Positions 1 through 9,502 are shown, counted from the stretch's first letter. The stretch is 46,430 nt of DNA from Ardenticatenales bacterium (GCA_030593075.1 JAUVHW010000002.1:1-46430); one strand, 5' to 3'. Translations and numbers: made by a program. The notes: a model not told the origin generated them from the letters alone.

Positions 1-628
1 TGGGCTCCCCCAGGAGACGATGAACGATGTGGCGGCCATCGCTGACCTGGCCTGGGACGTGCTGCGATTGGGACGCAAACACCACGGGCGGCGGGCGCGG
101 GTACACCTTGGCGTCAGCACCTTCATCCCCAAGCCGCACACCCCGTTTCAGTGGGCGGCGCTGGACCGGGTGGAGCAGATCAAGGCCAAGCAGGCGCTGC
201 TGATGGAGAAGACCGGGGGCAAAGGGTTGGAGCTGAAATGGAACCAGCCTGAGGAGACTGTGGTGGAGGCGCTCCTGGGTCGTGGCGACCGCCGGCTCGG
301 CGCTGCTATCTACCGCGCCTGGGAGCTGGGCGCAAGGTTTGATGGCTGGCACGAGCACTTTGAGTTCGGCTTGTGGCAGCAGGCGCTTCGGGAGACCGGC
401 CTAGACTGGGGTTTCTACCTCTACCGGCCGCGCCCCCTGGACGAGACGCTGCCCTGGGACCACATCGACGTCGGGGTACGGAAGGACTACCTGGTGCAAG
501 AGTACCAGCGCAGCCTGCGAGGCGAGCCGCAGCCTGATTGCCGCCACGGGTGTGTAGCCTGCGGGATACTGACCTCCTTCGATGAGGAACGCAGTGCCGT
601 GCCGGCCGGAGCCTGGGCGTGCCCTTAG
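1..628 (+). CDS. Radical SAM protein (TIGR03960-like B12-binding-domain radical SAM family), C-terminal part; 5' end outside the window
   Basis: The reading frame of ORF 20..628 stays open to the window edge. HLGVSTFIPKPHTPFQW and the following Arg/Trp-rich region match the C-terminal region of this family as I recall it. No N-terminal CxxxCxxC motif is visible because it is off-window. Confidence 0.6.
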   Translation, partial: GLPQETMNDVAAIADLAWDVLRLGRKHHGRRARVHLGVSTFIPKPHTPFQWAALDRVEQIKAKQALLMEKTGGKGLELKWNQPEETVVEALLGRGDRRLGAAIYRAWELGARFDGWHEHFEFGLWQQALRETGLDWGFYLYRPRPLDETLPWDHIDVGVRKDYLVQEYQRSLRGEPQPDCRHGCVACGILTSFDEERSAVPAGAWACP

Positions 629-692
629 TGGCCCCGAGGCAACGGAGGCCCGGGCGCAGCCGGTGAGGCGCATCTGGACTGCCTGAACTCGG

Positions 693-1379
693 ATGGGTAC
701 AATGATGCAGTTGGAGCGTTCGCTGAGCGTTGACGACAGACTCATCAGCTTACTCACGCGGGATCCGGTACCTGGCTGCAGCGGCCGAGAGGTGTTCAAC
801 CAGTACCGGCACACCCACGACGAGCATGACCTTCCAGATGCGCCGGAGATCCGACTGCAGAATCTCAGGCAGTACCTGGGTACTATTGGTGGTGGGGCTG
901 GCGTCTTGTATATTCTGGTTGCAGAGGCGGCCGGGTACCAAGGCTGCCGTTTCTCAGGAATACCTATGACCAGCGAAGCCCAACTGGTGGGCCCAGGCCG
1001 GCTACACTGGGCGCGCGAGCAGGAATACCGGAGAAGCAGCGCGCGCGACCGGCCATGGCGGGAGCCTTCCGCCACAATTCTGTGGGAAACCCTGGGCGAA
1101 AGGACCGACTGCCTGATCTGGAACGCCTTTCCCTGGCATCCGATCGGCAAGCGCGGACCGCTCTCGAATCGCCGACCCCGCGCGAGCGAGGTGGCAGCCG
1201 GAGCGGAGGTGTTGCGCTGCCTGCTGGAGCGGTACCCGGCCGCGGTCCCGGTCGCCGTGGGCCGGGTAGCCGAGCAGATGCTCCAGGAATTGGGCCGGGA
1301 TCCGCTCTATGTCCGCCACCCGGCCCATGGCGGCAAGCGGGAGTTCGTGGCCGGAATCCGGTCACTGAGCCTGATCTGA
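693..1379 (+). CDS. Uracil-DNA glycosylase superfamily protein
   Basis: 228-aa ORF. It has LVAEAAGYQGCRFSGIPMTSE (a UDG motif-A-like region) and a C-terminal HPAHGG motif-B-like His. The subfamily is not resolved. Confidence 0.6.
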   Translation: MGTMMQLERSLSVDDRLISLLTRDPVPGCSGREVFNQYRHTHDEHDLPDAPEIRLQNLRQYLGTIGGGAGVLYILVAEAAGYQGCRFSGIPMTSEAQLVGPGRLHWAREQEYRRSSARDRPWREPSATILWETLGERTDCLIWNAFPWHPIGKRGPLSNRRPRASEVAAGAEVLRCLLERYPAAVPVAVGRVAEQMLQELGRDPLYVRHPAHGGKREFVAGIRSLSLI

Positions 1380-1414
1380 GGGGTTCCCGGGTGCTGCCGA
1401 TACGGAGTAAGGCG

Positions 1415-2389
1415 ATGACAGCGAGAGGTATCCGAGACTCGTGTTCGCCTGCGCCGGCCGGGTTCCGGCCGGGCAGCAGGCCTTGCGTGCCCGGAGGCGT
1501 CAGCTGGCTACTCGCTCTATTCCTCTGCCTGCTGGCTGCGTGCGGATCAGCGCGAGAGGACGCCGGGCCGGATGGCACGGGAGGCCTGGGCATCGACCTT
1601 CCGCCCACCTGGACACCGACACCGGACGGTTCAGAGATCACCGCAGCTGTCATAGCGAGGCTAGCGTCGCCCACTCTTCGGCCGACCAAGACTCCTCTGC
1701 CAACCCTGACCCCCAGCTCCACCCCCACCGCCACACCGCGGCCGATACCCACCACCGCTGTGCCTCCAACTGGTGATCAGGGCCAGGAGGTGCCAGTAGG
1801 CGTCAACCTGCTGCCCAACCCCTCGTTTGAGGAAGGGTGGTACAACCAGAGGGGGGCGCCGGAGCTGCAGGTCGCGAGCAGCTGGTTCCTCGAATGGGAC
1901 GAAGGGTTCAACCATCTCGACCCCTCTCCCACCAACCCCTTTTACCGGCCGGAAGCCCGCGTCCTACCCAAGGCCCAACTGCCAGAGCGAGAACATGATC
2001 TGTTCATCTGGGACGGCGACCACACGGTCAAGATCTTCAAAAAGCAGGCCGCTATCAGTTTCCGGCTGCTGGCGGGGGTCTACCTGGTACCCGCCTCGTA
2101 CCGCTTTGAGGTCAATGTCTTCCCGGATCTCTACTTTGGAATCGACGAAGGGGGAGGCAAGATCTGGGCGGACAACCCCCTATGCGGTGAGCTGCAGTTC
2201 ATGGTAGGCGTTCAGACGAGCGAGTGGATACTCCCAGAGATCGCCCGCAAGAACACGCTCACTTTCCCCTTCGACATCGTTGAACCAGGCCATTACCTGG
2301 TTGGTGCGGCGATGCGCGGCCGCTGGGGCATTGAGAACAACGGCTGGTTCATGGACGACTGGTCGTTGGTGCGGTTGCCGGAGGAGTAG
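1415..2389 (+). CDS. Secreted lipoprotein with a Pro/Thr-rich linker and a C-terminal CBM/jelly-roll-like domain, function unknown
   Basis: In-frame ATG at 1415 lies after the upstream gene's stop at 1379. Signal peptide with lipobox LLAAC. A TPTP-rich linker is followed by NLLPNPSFEEGW, a motif common at the start of carbohydrate-binding jelly-roll modules. The track ORF start at 1055 overlaps the UDG gene and was rejected. Confidence 0.55.
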   Translation: MTARGIRDSCSPAPAGFRPGSRPCVPGGVSWLLALFLCLLAACGSAREDAGPDGTGGLGIDLPPTWTPTPDGSEITAAVIARLASPTLRPTKTPLPTLTPSSTPTATPRPIPTTAVPPTGDQGQEVPVGVNLLPNPSFEEGWYNQRGAPELQVASSWFLEWDEGFNHLDPSPTNPFYRPEARVLPKAQLPEREHDLFIWDGDHTVKIFKKQAAISFRLLAGVYLVPASYRFEVNVFPDLYFGIDEGGGKIWADNPLCGELQFMVGVQTSEWILPEIARKNTLTFPFDIVEPGHYLVGAAMRGRWGIENNGWFMDDWSLVRLPEE

Positions 2390-2431
2390 CGTGGCCCCGG
2401 ATCCGGACTCGGTGCGGCAGCGGGCTCTCCC

Positions 2432-3316
2432 GTGGGTACCCGGTACTGGCGGAATCTGACCCTTTTCGGCCTGTGCACCCTGCTGGTCGGCCTCTCAGCC
2501 GGAATTGGTGTGCACACGCGGCGTGGAGCCCTCGGGTACGTCCATCCACCCAGGGGCCAGAGGTCCCCGGGTGACACGCCGGCCCGGTTTGGAGTCCCAT
2601 ATCAGGAGGTCTCGCTGCAGACGGCCGATGGGCTCCGTCTGGCAGCGTGGTACACGCCGCCCGGCAACGGAGCCCTCATACTGGTGGCGCACGGCTACCA
2701 GGCATATCGCTCGGCCGAGATGCACGCCTACTTTGCACAGCAGGGATACGGCGCGGTGTCCTGGGACTTTCGCGCCCATGGCGAGAGCGGGGGGGAGCTG
2801 TGTACCCTGGGCTACGACGAGGCTCTCGATGTGGAGGCAGCGCTCGATTTCGGCCTTGCCCAGCCCGGCGTCCGACATGTGGGGGCGTGGGGCGGCTCTA
2901 TGGGAGCCGCCGCGGTGATAGAAGCAGCCGCCCGCCGGCCCGAGATTGAGGCAGTAATCGCAGACAGTGGCTTCCCCACCCTGGAGGAGGAGATGGAACT
3001 GATGATCACCTCAAACCTCCTGCGCCCGTTGATCCGCTTCTTCGCTGAGCGGGAGGCGGGACTGGACGTTATGGCGCTCCGGCCGGTGGATAGCGTGGGC
3101 CTGATCAGCCCCCGTCCTCTGCTCCTCATTCAGGGAGCGGCTGACGATACCATCCCGGCCGATGCCGCTCGGCGCATGTACGAGGCAGCCGACGAGCCTC
3201 GCACTCTTTGGGTTGAGCCGGGCGTTGGCCACATGGGGGTGCGCGGCGCCCGGCCGGAAGAGTATGAGCGGCGCGTGATCGGGTTGTTTAACGCGGCGCT
3301 CGTGAACGGCGGATAG
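2432..3316 (+). CDS. Alpha/beta hydrolase (membrane-anchored, dienelactone hydrolase/S9-like)
   Basis: N-terminal hydrophobic anchor LFGLCTLLVGLSAGIGV. Nucleophile elbow GGSMG, then an acidic residue in GAADDTIP and His in GVGHMG, in the usual Ser-Asp-His order. GTG start as given by the track. Confidence 0.75.
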   Translation: MGTRYWRNLTLFGLCTLLVGLSAGIGVHTRRGALGYVHPPRGQRSPGDTPARFGVPYQEVSLQTADGLRLAAWYTPPGNGALILVAHGYQAYRSAEMHAYFAQQGYGAVSWDFRAHGESGGELCTLGYDEALDVEAALDFGLAQPGVRHVGAWGGSMGAAAVIEAAARRPEIEAVIADSGFPTLEEEMELMITSNLLRPLIRFFAEREAGLDVMALRPVDSVGLISPRPLLLIQGAADDTIPADAARRMYEAADEPRTLWVEPGVGHMGVRGARPEEYERRVIGLFNAALVNGG

Positions 3317-3594
3317 GGTCTGCCCGAGGGGGAACGCTTATGTCAAGCTACTCACCTGTTCAGGGTGAACTGTAGGCCAGTTGCCCTCAGCGGCCGGCGA
3401 GCTCTGGCACCAGCTCGTTGGCAGGGCGAGACCAACTCTCCTACGGGCTGCGTGAGGATCAGCCCCGAAGAGGATCTCGGCGGAGGTTCTCAGCCCGTCA
3501 GCAACCACCAGGCGGCCGGGGCCGTGCTGTTCTAGGTCCAGAACGGCGCCAGCGTTCTCTGCGGACCGATTCGTCCCTCACCGCCCTCGTGTGA

Positions 3595-3849
3595 CTAGAT
3601 CGAGAGGCGGTAGACACGGTACCGCTTGTAGAGCTTGGCCCCCATCCGCTCGGCAAGAACCGGCGTGTGTGGATTGTCCTCCGAGGTGAGCGACAGATCC
3701 ATCCACTTGAAGCCCTTCGCCTTGGCGCGGCTACCTAGCTCAGCGAAGAGGAGCGCGCTTACCCCGGTGCCCCAGTACTCGGGCAGTACCAGAACGCTCT
3801 TGACCGCCGGGCACTCAGGCTGCCGGCGCATGTGCCACCAGAGTCTCAC
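3595..3849 (-). pseudogene. C-terminal remnant of a GNAT-family N-acetyltransferase
   Basis: The 84 aa carry VLPEYWGTGVSALLF (acetyl-CoA-binding motif-A-like) and a KRYRVYRL tail, typical of the C-terminus of a much longer GNAT family. The frame is closed by a stop about 100 nt upstream, and the intervening codons contain no start codon and no recognisable family sequence. Confidence 0.45.
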
Positions 3850-3912
3850 ATAGTCCCACGGGCGGCGCAGACCATGCTGACGGCGCCACGAGTTCCAACA
3901 CGCTCCCGCACT

Positions 3913-3941
3913 TTGACGCCTGCGCTGCGATGGGTTACAAT
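3913..3941 (+). promoter_or_regulatory. Sigma-70-type promoter of the metG leader
   Basis: TTGACG (3913-3918), a 17-nt spacer, then TACAAT (3936-3941). It sits about 210 nt upstream of the metG ATG. Confidence 0.55.
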
Positions 3942-3947
3942 CTATCC

Positions 3948-4110
3948 GCTATGCGACACAGTGGGCTGGAGATCTGGGTCAGTATGATGGTCATGCACAG
4001 CCGGCCGTGGTTGGCGGTAGACGAGGCGCCGTCAGCAATGGTCAGTTCCGCATGGGCCTGACCAACGGCAGAAGGTGAACCCTAGGCCGGCCTCGCGCCG
4101 GCTTTTTTGT
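3948..4110 (+). promoter_or_regulatory. Candidate T-box-type (tRNA-sensing) transcription attenuation leader of metG
   Basis: ~200-nt untranslated leader ending in an intrinsic terminator. GGTGAACC (4074-4082) resembles the T-box core GGUGGUACC. CCGTCA (4029-4034) resembles the F-box CCGUUA. An alternative helix GGCCT (4055-4059)/AGGCC (4084-4088) would sequester the 5' half of the terminator stem. AUG triplets at 3983-3988 and 3993-3995 are possible Met specifiers. CCGCUA (3947-3952) can pair with UGGCGG (4012-4017) as a Stem I base. Confidence 0.4.
4084..4110 (+). terminator. Intrinsic terminator/attenuator immediately upstream of metG
   Basis: Stem GCCGGC (4086-4091)/GCCGGC (4097-4102), extendable by G-U and A-U pairs. 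Loop CTCGC, followed by TTTTTTGTT. No plus-strand gene ends nearby; the last one ends at 3316. Confidence 0.7.
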
Positions 4111-4150
4111 TGCCTCAATCGCTTATCTGGATTTCGATTGGAGGAGACTC

Positions 4151-5920
4151 ATGTCAAAGAAGGTATTGGTATCCGTCGCCTGGCCCTACGCCAACGGCGA
4201 TTTGCACGTGGGCCATCTGGCCGGCGCCTACCTGCCGGCCGACGTCTTTGCCCGTTATCACCGTCTCAAGGGTAACGACGTGCTGATGGTCTCCGGCTCT
4301 GATAGCCACGGCACGCCCATCACCGTGGCCGCCGATGAGGAAGGGGTGCCTCCTGAGGAGATCTTTCAGCGCTACCACCGGCGATTCCTCGATACCCAGG
4401 AGGCCATAGGGATCAGCTACAACCTCTTCACTCACACCGACACCGAGAATCACCGCCGCGTAGCCCAGGACATCTTCACCCGGCTGCTCGAAGGAGAATA
4501 CCTCTATCAGAAGCGCCAGCGGCTGCTCTACTCGGAAAGCGAGAACCGTTTCCTGCCCGACCGCTACGTGGAGGGAGAATGCCCTTTCTGCGGCTATGAG
4601 AGCGCGCGAGGGGATCAATGCGACAACTGCGGCAAGCTGCTAGAGGCAACCGAGTTGGTCAACCCGCGCAGCAAGACCGACGGCTCCACACCGTCCGTGC
4701 GGGAGACCGAGCATTACTTCCTGGACCTACCCGCTTTTGCCGATGCGCTGAGGGACTATCTTGCGGCTGGCAAGGAGCACTGGCGGCCCAATGTGGTCAA
4801 CTTTGCTCGCAACTACGTCAAGGGCGGTCTCCTGGGCCGGCCCATCACCCGGGACATCGCCTGGGGGGTTCCGGTACCGCTGCCCGGTTGGGAGGACAAG
4901 CGACTCTACGTCTGGTTCGAGGCCGTAGTCGGCTATCTCTCTGCGAGTATAGAGTGGTCCAATAATCAGGGCCGGCCGGATGCCTGGAAGCAGTGGTGGT
5001 ATGACCCCGAGGCGCTGACCTACTACTTCATCGGCAAGGATAACATACCCTTCCACGCCCTCATCTGGCCGGCCGAACTCATGGGGGTGAAACGGCTATA
5101 CGAAAGCGACGAAACGAAGTGTCTCAATCTCCCCTATGATGTGCCGGCCAATGAGTTCATGAACATCGAGAGCCGGCAGTTCTCCAAAAGCCGCGGCTGG
5201 GCGGTCTGGTTGCCCGACGTGTTGGAGCGCTATGACCCGGACGCCATTCGCTACTATGTGGCGGCCGTGATGCCTGAGACGCGCGATTCGGATTTCGGTT
5301 GGGATGATTTCGTGGCGCGGAACAACAACGAGCTAGTCGCTACCTGGGGAAACTTGGCCAACCGGATGCTGGGTTTTGCCTATCAGCGGTTCGCTGGTCG
5401 GGTGCCAGAACCGGGAGAGCTGCGGCCGGCCGACCAGGGGCTTCTGGACCGCGCCGAGGCAGCCTTTGACGTTGTCGGCGATCTACTGGCCGCCTGCCGG
5501 TTCCGCGCTGCCCTAGCAGAGGCGGTGGGGCTGGCTCGTGACGCCAACAAGTACCTGGATGACCAGGCGCCCTGGTTCGAGATCAAGAGCGACAGAGGGG
5601 AGGCTGCCAAAACGGTCTATACCACCCTGCGCGTGATTGACAGCCTCAAGCTGCTGCTGGCGCCCTTTCTGCCCTTTTCCTCGGAGCGCCTGCACCAATA
5701 CCTGGGGTACGAGGGCCAGCTGTTTGGCGAACTGGCTATCCAGACCTACCATGAGGCCAACCAGAGCCACGGGGCGCTGACCTACGACCCGGCCAAGGCG
5801 ACGGGCAGCTGGGAGCCCAGCCAGCTGCCGGCCGGGCAGATCCTGCGCAGGCCGGCGCCCCTCTTCAAGAAGCTGGATGAAGAGGTAGTGGAGCAGGAGC
5901 GGCAGCGGCTGGCAGGCTGA
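4151..5920 (+). CDS. metG: Methionine--tRNA ligase
   Basis: HIGH motif as HVGHLAG, KMSKS motif as QFSKSRG, zinc knuckle CPFCGY...CDNCG. RBS GGAGGAG lies 5-12 nt upstream of the ATG. 589 aa. Confidence 0.95.
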   Translation: MSKKVLVSVAWPYANGDLHVGHLAGAYLPADVFARYHRLKGNDVLMVSGSDSHGTPITVAADEEGVPPEEIFQRYHRRFLDTQEAIGISYNLFTHTDTENHRRVAQDIFTRLLEGEYLYQKRQRLLYSESENRFLPDRYVEGECPFCGYESARGDQCDNCGKLLEATELVNPRSKTDGSTPSVRETEHYFLDLPAFADALRDYLAAGKEHWRPNVVNFARNYVKGGLLGRPITRDIAWGVPVPLPGWEDKRLYVWFEAVVGYLSASIEWSNNQGRPDAWKQWWYDPEALTYYFIGKDNIPFHALIWPAELMGVKRLYESDETKCLNLPYDVPANEFMNIESRQFSKSRGWAVWLPDVLERYDPDAIRYYVAAVMPETRDSDFGWDDFVARNNNELVATWGNLANRMLGFAYQRFAGRVPEPGELRPADQGLLDRAEAAFDVVGDLLAACRFRAALAEAVGLARDANKYLDDQAPWFEIKSDRGEAAKTVYTTLRVIDSLKLLLAPFLPFSSERLHQYLGYEGQLFGELAIQTYHEANQSHGALTYDPAKATGSWEPSQLPAGQILRRPAPLFKKLDEEVVEQERQRLAG

Positions 5921-6017
5921 GTGCGGCCCGTTCAGAGGCACCGGTCCCGTAATGACCCGACAGTCACAGGGGCGCCGGTCGCTTGAGCCTGCTGGTTCTT
6001 CTGAGAGCATGGCTCTG

Positions 6018-6045
6018 GTGACCTGCTGGCAGGAAGCGGTATAAT
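6018..6045 (+). promoter_or_regulatory. Possible promoter of the glycosyltransferase gene
   Basis: GTGACC (6018-6023), a 16-nt spacer, then a perfect TATAAT (6040-6045), about 27 nt upstream of the ATG at 6072. Confidence 0.35.
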
Positions 6046-6071
6046 ACCTGCCGCACAGAGCAGAGCCTGCG

Positions 6072-7547
6072 ATGCAGCCCGCACCCACTTTGCCCATGAG
6101 CCTTCCCTACCGGCCGAAGCTGGCGCTGGCGCTGATTCTGGTCGCCTACCTGGTCCTGGGAACGCTGTATGCAGCCTTGACCCCTGAGTGGCAGGTGCCC
6201 GACGAACCAGCCCACTACAACTATGTCCGGCAACTGTCGGAAGGGGAACTCCCCGTCCTTGAGCCAGGCGACTATGACCAGGAATACCAGGAGGAGCTGG
6301 TACGGGCTGGCTTTCCTCCCGATTCCCCGGTCAGCCGCATCCAGTACGAGGACCACCAGCCGCCGCTCTACTACCTGGTGGAGACGCTTGTCTTCTTGGC
6401 CTTTGACGGCGCGCTTCTGCCGATGCGGCTCTTCTCTCTGGCCCTGGGCGCCGGAGTGGTGCTGCTGGCCTATCGGATTGGTGAATGGTGTTTCCCCGGC
6501 CGGCCTCTGGTAGCGCTCACGGCCGCCGCCCTGTCTGCCCTGATCCCGCAGCACATCGCTATCTTGGCCGGGGTGAACAACGACGCCCTGGCCGAACTGC
6601 TGCTGGCGGCCGCCCTGCTGGGCATGGTTTACGTACTGCAGGCCGAACGCCCGGTCCGGCCCTGGCTCCTTGGCCTCTTGCTGGGCGCCATCTTTGTCAC
6701 TAAGGCCCAGGCTTACGTCGCCGCGCCGGCGCTGGCGCTGGCGGTCCTGGTTCGCTGGCGGCAAAGGCGCGAGACCACCGGCTGGCTGGTTCGCTGGCTG
6801 GCAGGGCTGCTCGGAATCGCACTGCTCATCGGCGGCCTGTGGTGGGGGCGCAACCTGATGGTCTACGGGGGGGCCGACTGGATGGGCCTCGCCCGGCACG
6901 AGGCGGTAGTGGTCGGGCAGCCAACTACGGCCGGCTGGATAGCCAGGGAGGGCCTGGGTGCCACCCTGCGCCGCTTCCTCGAGTTCACCTTTCAGAGTTT
7001 CTGGGGGGTATTTGGCTGGATGGCCGTGTTCATGGACGCCCGGCTCTACCAGGGACTGGGCGTCGTCACTGGGGTGACCGCCGTGGGGTTTGGCCTGGCG
7101 CTCTTTAGCCGGCGACCGGCCGGTCCCTGGGCCCGGCCCCAGCCGGCCATCTACTTGTTGGCCCTATCGGCCGTCATGACTGCCGGCGGCTACCTCTGGT
7201 ACAATCTAAGCTTTGTTCAGCATCAGGGGCGCTACCTGTTCCCCGCGCTGGTCCCCCTGGGATTGGCGGCCGGAGTGGGCTGGGAGTATCTGACGCAGAG
7301 CCGGCCGGCGCGCATCGCTGCTGCGGCCCTGCTGGCGGCGACGCTCCTGCTGGCGGGATGGGGGCTGCTGCGAGGGGACCTGCCCGGCTGGCTGATGGCC
7401 TGCTGCGGGGCAGGCTCGGGAGCGCTCTGGGGCTCTAGTCGTTTGCCTTTCCGGTTTCGCCCCCTCCTGGTGACGGCTGTCTGGGTAGCGCTGGCTGGGC
7501 TGAGCCTGGCGGTTCCCTTCCTCTACATCCTCCCCTGGCTGGGTTAA
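6072..7547 (+). CDS. Polytopic membrane glycosyltransferase (GT39/ArnT/PMT_2-like)
   Basis: 491 aa with many hydrophobic helices. The first extracytoplasmic loop carries PDEPAHYNY, a DE-type motif of the GT-C ArnT/PMT family. An alternative start at 6096 is possible. Confidence 0.6.
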   Translation: MQPAPTLPMSLPYRPKLALALILVAYLVLGTLYAALTPEWQVPDEPAHYNYVRQLSEGELPVLEPGDYDQEYQEELVRAGFPPDSPVSRIQYEDHQPPLYYLVETLVFLAFDGALLPMRLFSLALGAGVVLLAYRIGEWCFPGRPLVALTAAALSALIPQHIAILAGVNNDALAELLLAAALLGMVYVLQAERPVRPWLLGLLLGAIFVTKAQAYVAAPALALAVLVRWRQRRETTGWLVRWLAGLLGIALLIGGLWWGRNLMVYGGADWMGLARHEAVVVGQPTTAGWIAREGLGATLRRFLEFTFQSFWGVFGWMAVFMDARLYQGLGVVTGVTAVGFGLALFSRRPAGPWARPQPAIYLLALSAVMTAGGYLWYNLSFVQHQGRYLFPALVPLGLAAGVGWEYLTQSRPARIAAAALLAATLLLAGWGLLRGDLPGWLMACCGAGSGALWGSSRLPFRFRPLLVTAVWVALAGLSLAVPFLYILPWLG

Positions 7548-7564
7548 CTGGCGGCTACACGAAA

Positions 7565-7595
7565 CCATCCCCCGGCACCGACTGCCGGGGGATGG
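7565..7595. terminator. Hairpin between convergent genes; likely terminator for etfA and possibly bidirectional
   Basis: Perfect 13-bp stem CCATCCCCCGGCA/TGCCGGGGGATGG with loop CCGAC. On the minus strand it is followed by TTTCGTGT. It lies between the stop at 7547 (+) and the stop at 7629 (-). Confidence 0.7.
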
Positions 7596-7628
7596 TGAAT
7601 GCTCGGTCTACGGTGCTGCAGTGCTCGG

Positions 7629-8603
7629 CTAGAGCCGCTTCTTGAGTTCGGCGGTCAGCGCCGGGACCATCTTGAACAGGTCCGCCACGATCCCGTACTG
7701 AGCCAGCTTGAAAATCGGGGCCTCAGGGTCCTTGTTGATCGCTACAATCACCTTGGAGGTTCGCATGCCCGCAAGGTGCTGGATGGCGCCCGAGATGCCG
7801 GCCGCGACGTACAGGTCCGGGGACACGGTCTTGCCGGTTTGGCCAACCTGGCGCGCGTAGGGAATCCAGCCGGCGTCCACGGCCGCGCGGCTGGCACCCA
7901 GTGCAGCGCCCAGAGTGGAAGCCAGTTTCCGCACCGGCTCGAACCCCTCGGGCCCAGCCACGCCCCGGCCGCCGCTCACGATGATGCCCGCGTCCGCCAA
8001 GCTGACCTCGCCTGCGCTGGCCTCCAGGCCCAGCACTTCTACGCTGATGTCCCCGGCCGCCATCGCCGGCTGGATGTTGATGACCTCCCCGCTGCGGGCG
8101 GCGTCGGCCTCAGGGGCCGGAAAGGCCCGGCTGCGCAGGCTGGCCAACATGGTGTCGCCGTCAGCATACACGTTGGACATGAGCTTGCCAGCATAGACGG
8201 GCCGGGTTGCCCTGATAGCGCCGTCCTCGACCGCCAGTCCGGTGCAGTCGGGGATCAGCCCTGCTTCCAGGTCCACAGCCGCCAGGGCCAGCACGTCGCG
8301 GCCCGACGCGGTAGCGCCCGCCAGAATGGCTATTGGTTCGTGCTCAGCCGCCAGCTGCGAGACCAGGGCGGCATGAGGCTCTGACCGGCAATCTGCCAGA
8401 GTGGCGTCGTCGCAGGCGTAGACTTGGTCAGCTCCGTGATGGATGGCCGCCTCGGCTGCCTCTTCCACTCCCTGTCCAAAGACCAAGGCAGACAGCTCGG
8501 TGCCAAGCTCGTCGGCCAGCGCCCGGCCGGCTCCGAGGGCCTCCACGGAAACCGGTGCGGCCTTGCCGTCCGACAGTTCTACCCACACCCAAATGCCACT
8601 CAT
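7629..8603 (-). CDS. etfA: Electron transfer flavoprotein subunit alpha
   Basis: Start [14 protein letters not shown] at the ATG at 8603, which overlaps the etfB stop as ATGA. FAD-binding signature [19 protein letters not shown]. The track ORF start at 8681 lies inside etfB and was rejected. Confidence 0.9.
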   Translation of the reverse strand: MSGIWVWVELSDGKAAPVSVEALGAGRALADELGTELSALVFGQGVEEAAEAAIHHGADQVYACDDATLADCRSEPHAALVSQLAAEHEPIAILAGATASGRDVLALAAVDLEAGLIPDCTGLAVEDGAIRATRPVYAGKLMSNVYADGDTMLASLRSRAFPAPEADAARSGEVINIQPAMAAGDISVEVLGLEASAGEVSLADAGIIVSGGRGVAGPEGFEPVRKLASTLGAALGASRAAVDAGWIPYARQVGQTGKTVSPDLYVAAGISGAIQHLAGMRTSKVIVAINKDPEAPIFKLAQYGIVADLFKMVPALTAELKKRL

Positions 8604-9421
8604 AGCACCTTCTCCTCTAGCAGCTTGTCCACCAGTTCGGCGGCAGCCGCTTCCGGCGAGTCCGCCTCTATCATGGTGCACTCACCCTCCTTGGGCGGCA
8701 ACGCGTATACTTGGAGCCATCGCACCCTGGAACCGGCCGCGCCGATCTTGGAGCTGTCGGCTTCCAGGTCGGCCGTGGCCCAGATGGGCAGGCTGCGCCG
8801 CATGTACTTGGTGGCCTGCCGAATCCCCTTGAAAGAGGGATAGCGGGGCTCGTTGATTTCCTTGAGCACACTGAGAGCGGCCGGCAGGGGACCCTTTACC
8901 TTCTGGCGGCCGGCCTCAATAGCGCGGGTTACCGTCACCGTCCCTCCCTCGGCGTCTACCTCGTCCACGGCCACCACAAAGCTGAGCGGTGTCCATCCCA
9001 GGCGGCGGGCCACCTGCATGGATGTCTGCCCTGTGTCGCCGTCGACGGCCTGCCGGCCAAAGATCACCAGGTCCACGTCACCCAGCTTCTCAATTGCCTT
9101 GGCCAGCACGTAACTGGTTGCCAGGGTGTCAGAGCCCTTCATCGCCTCATCAGAGACGAGCACGGCCTCGTCACACCCCATTGCGATGGCAGTCTTGAGG
9201 GCTTCGCGAGCCTCCTCCGGCCCCATGCTAATGGCCGTGACCTTGCCTCCGTGTTTCTCCTTGAGGCGTATCGCCTCTTCGATGGCGTACTCGTCCCAGG
9301 GATTCGCTATGTCAGGAGAGCCGCCGGGGTCACTCCATGTGACCTTGCCGTCTTCCACTGCCAGGACGGCCGTGGTGCTGGGCGTCTGTTTGGCGCAGAT
9401 CGCGATGTGCAAAGCAACACC
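8600..9421 (-). CDS. etfB: Electron transfer flavoprotein subunit beta
   Basis: TTG start at 9421 preceded by GGGAGGTG, giving MHIAICAKQTP. Family motif VDLVIFGRQAVDGDTGQ. The long N-terminal extension in the track ORF (to 9685) has no family similarity. Confidence 0.85.
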   Translation of the reverse strand, partial: GVALHIAICAKQTPSTTAVLAVEDGKVTWSDPGGSPDIANPWDEYAIEEAIRLKEKHGGKVTAISMGPEEAREALKTAIAMGCDEAVLVSDEAMKGSDTLATSYVLAKAIEKLGDVDLVIFGRQAVDGDTGQTSMQVARRLGWTPLSFVVAVDEVDAEGGTVTVTRAIEAGRQKVKGPLPAALSVLKEINEPRYPSFKGIRQATKYMRRSLPIWATADLEADSSKIGAAGSRVRWLQVYALPPKEGECTMIEADSPEAAAAELVDKLLEEKVL

Positions 9422-9502
9422 TCCCGTTTGTGGGGGCAGCCTCGTGGCTGCCCAGGTTGTGATTGGAGTAGTCGATAGGACCTCTATTCGAAGAACCAGC
9501 GT

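Noticed and set aside
3948-4110. The metG leader as a SAM riboswitch
   Set aside because: I could not find the SAM-I four-way-junction core or other SAM-class signatures. The T-box-like and F-box-like motifs and the terminator/antiterminator alternative fit a tRNA-sensing leader better.
4075-4275. 66-aa ORF spanning the terminator and the metG start
   Set aside because: It overlaps the terminator hairpin and the metG RBS/start in another frame. It has no RBS and an Arg-rich composition.
7629-9421. etfBA as part of a redox module serving the microcompartment
   Set aside because: The genes are 19 kb away and on the opposite strand, separated by many housekeeping genes. There are no encapsulation-type extensions on either subunit.
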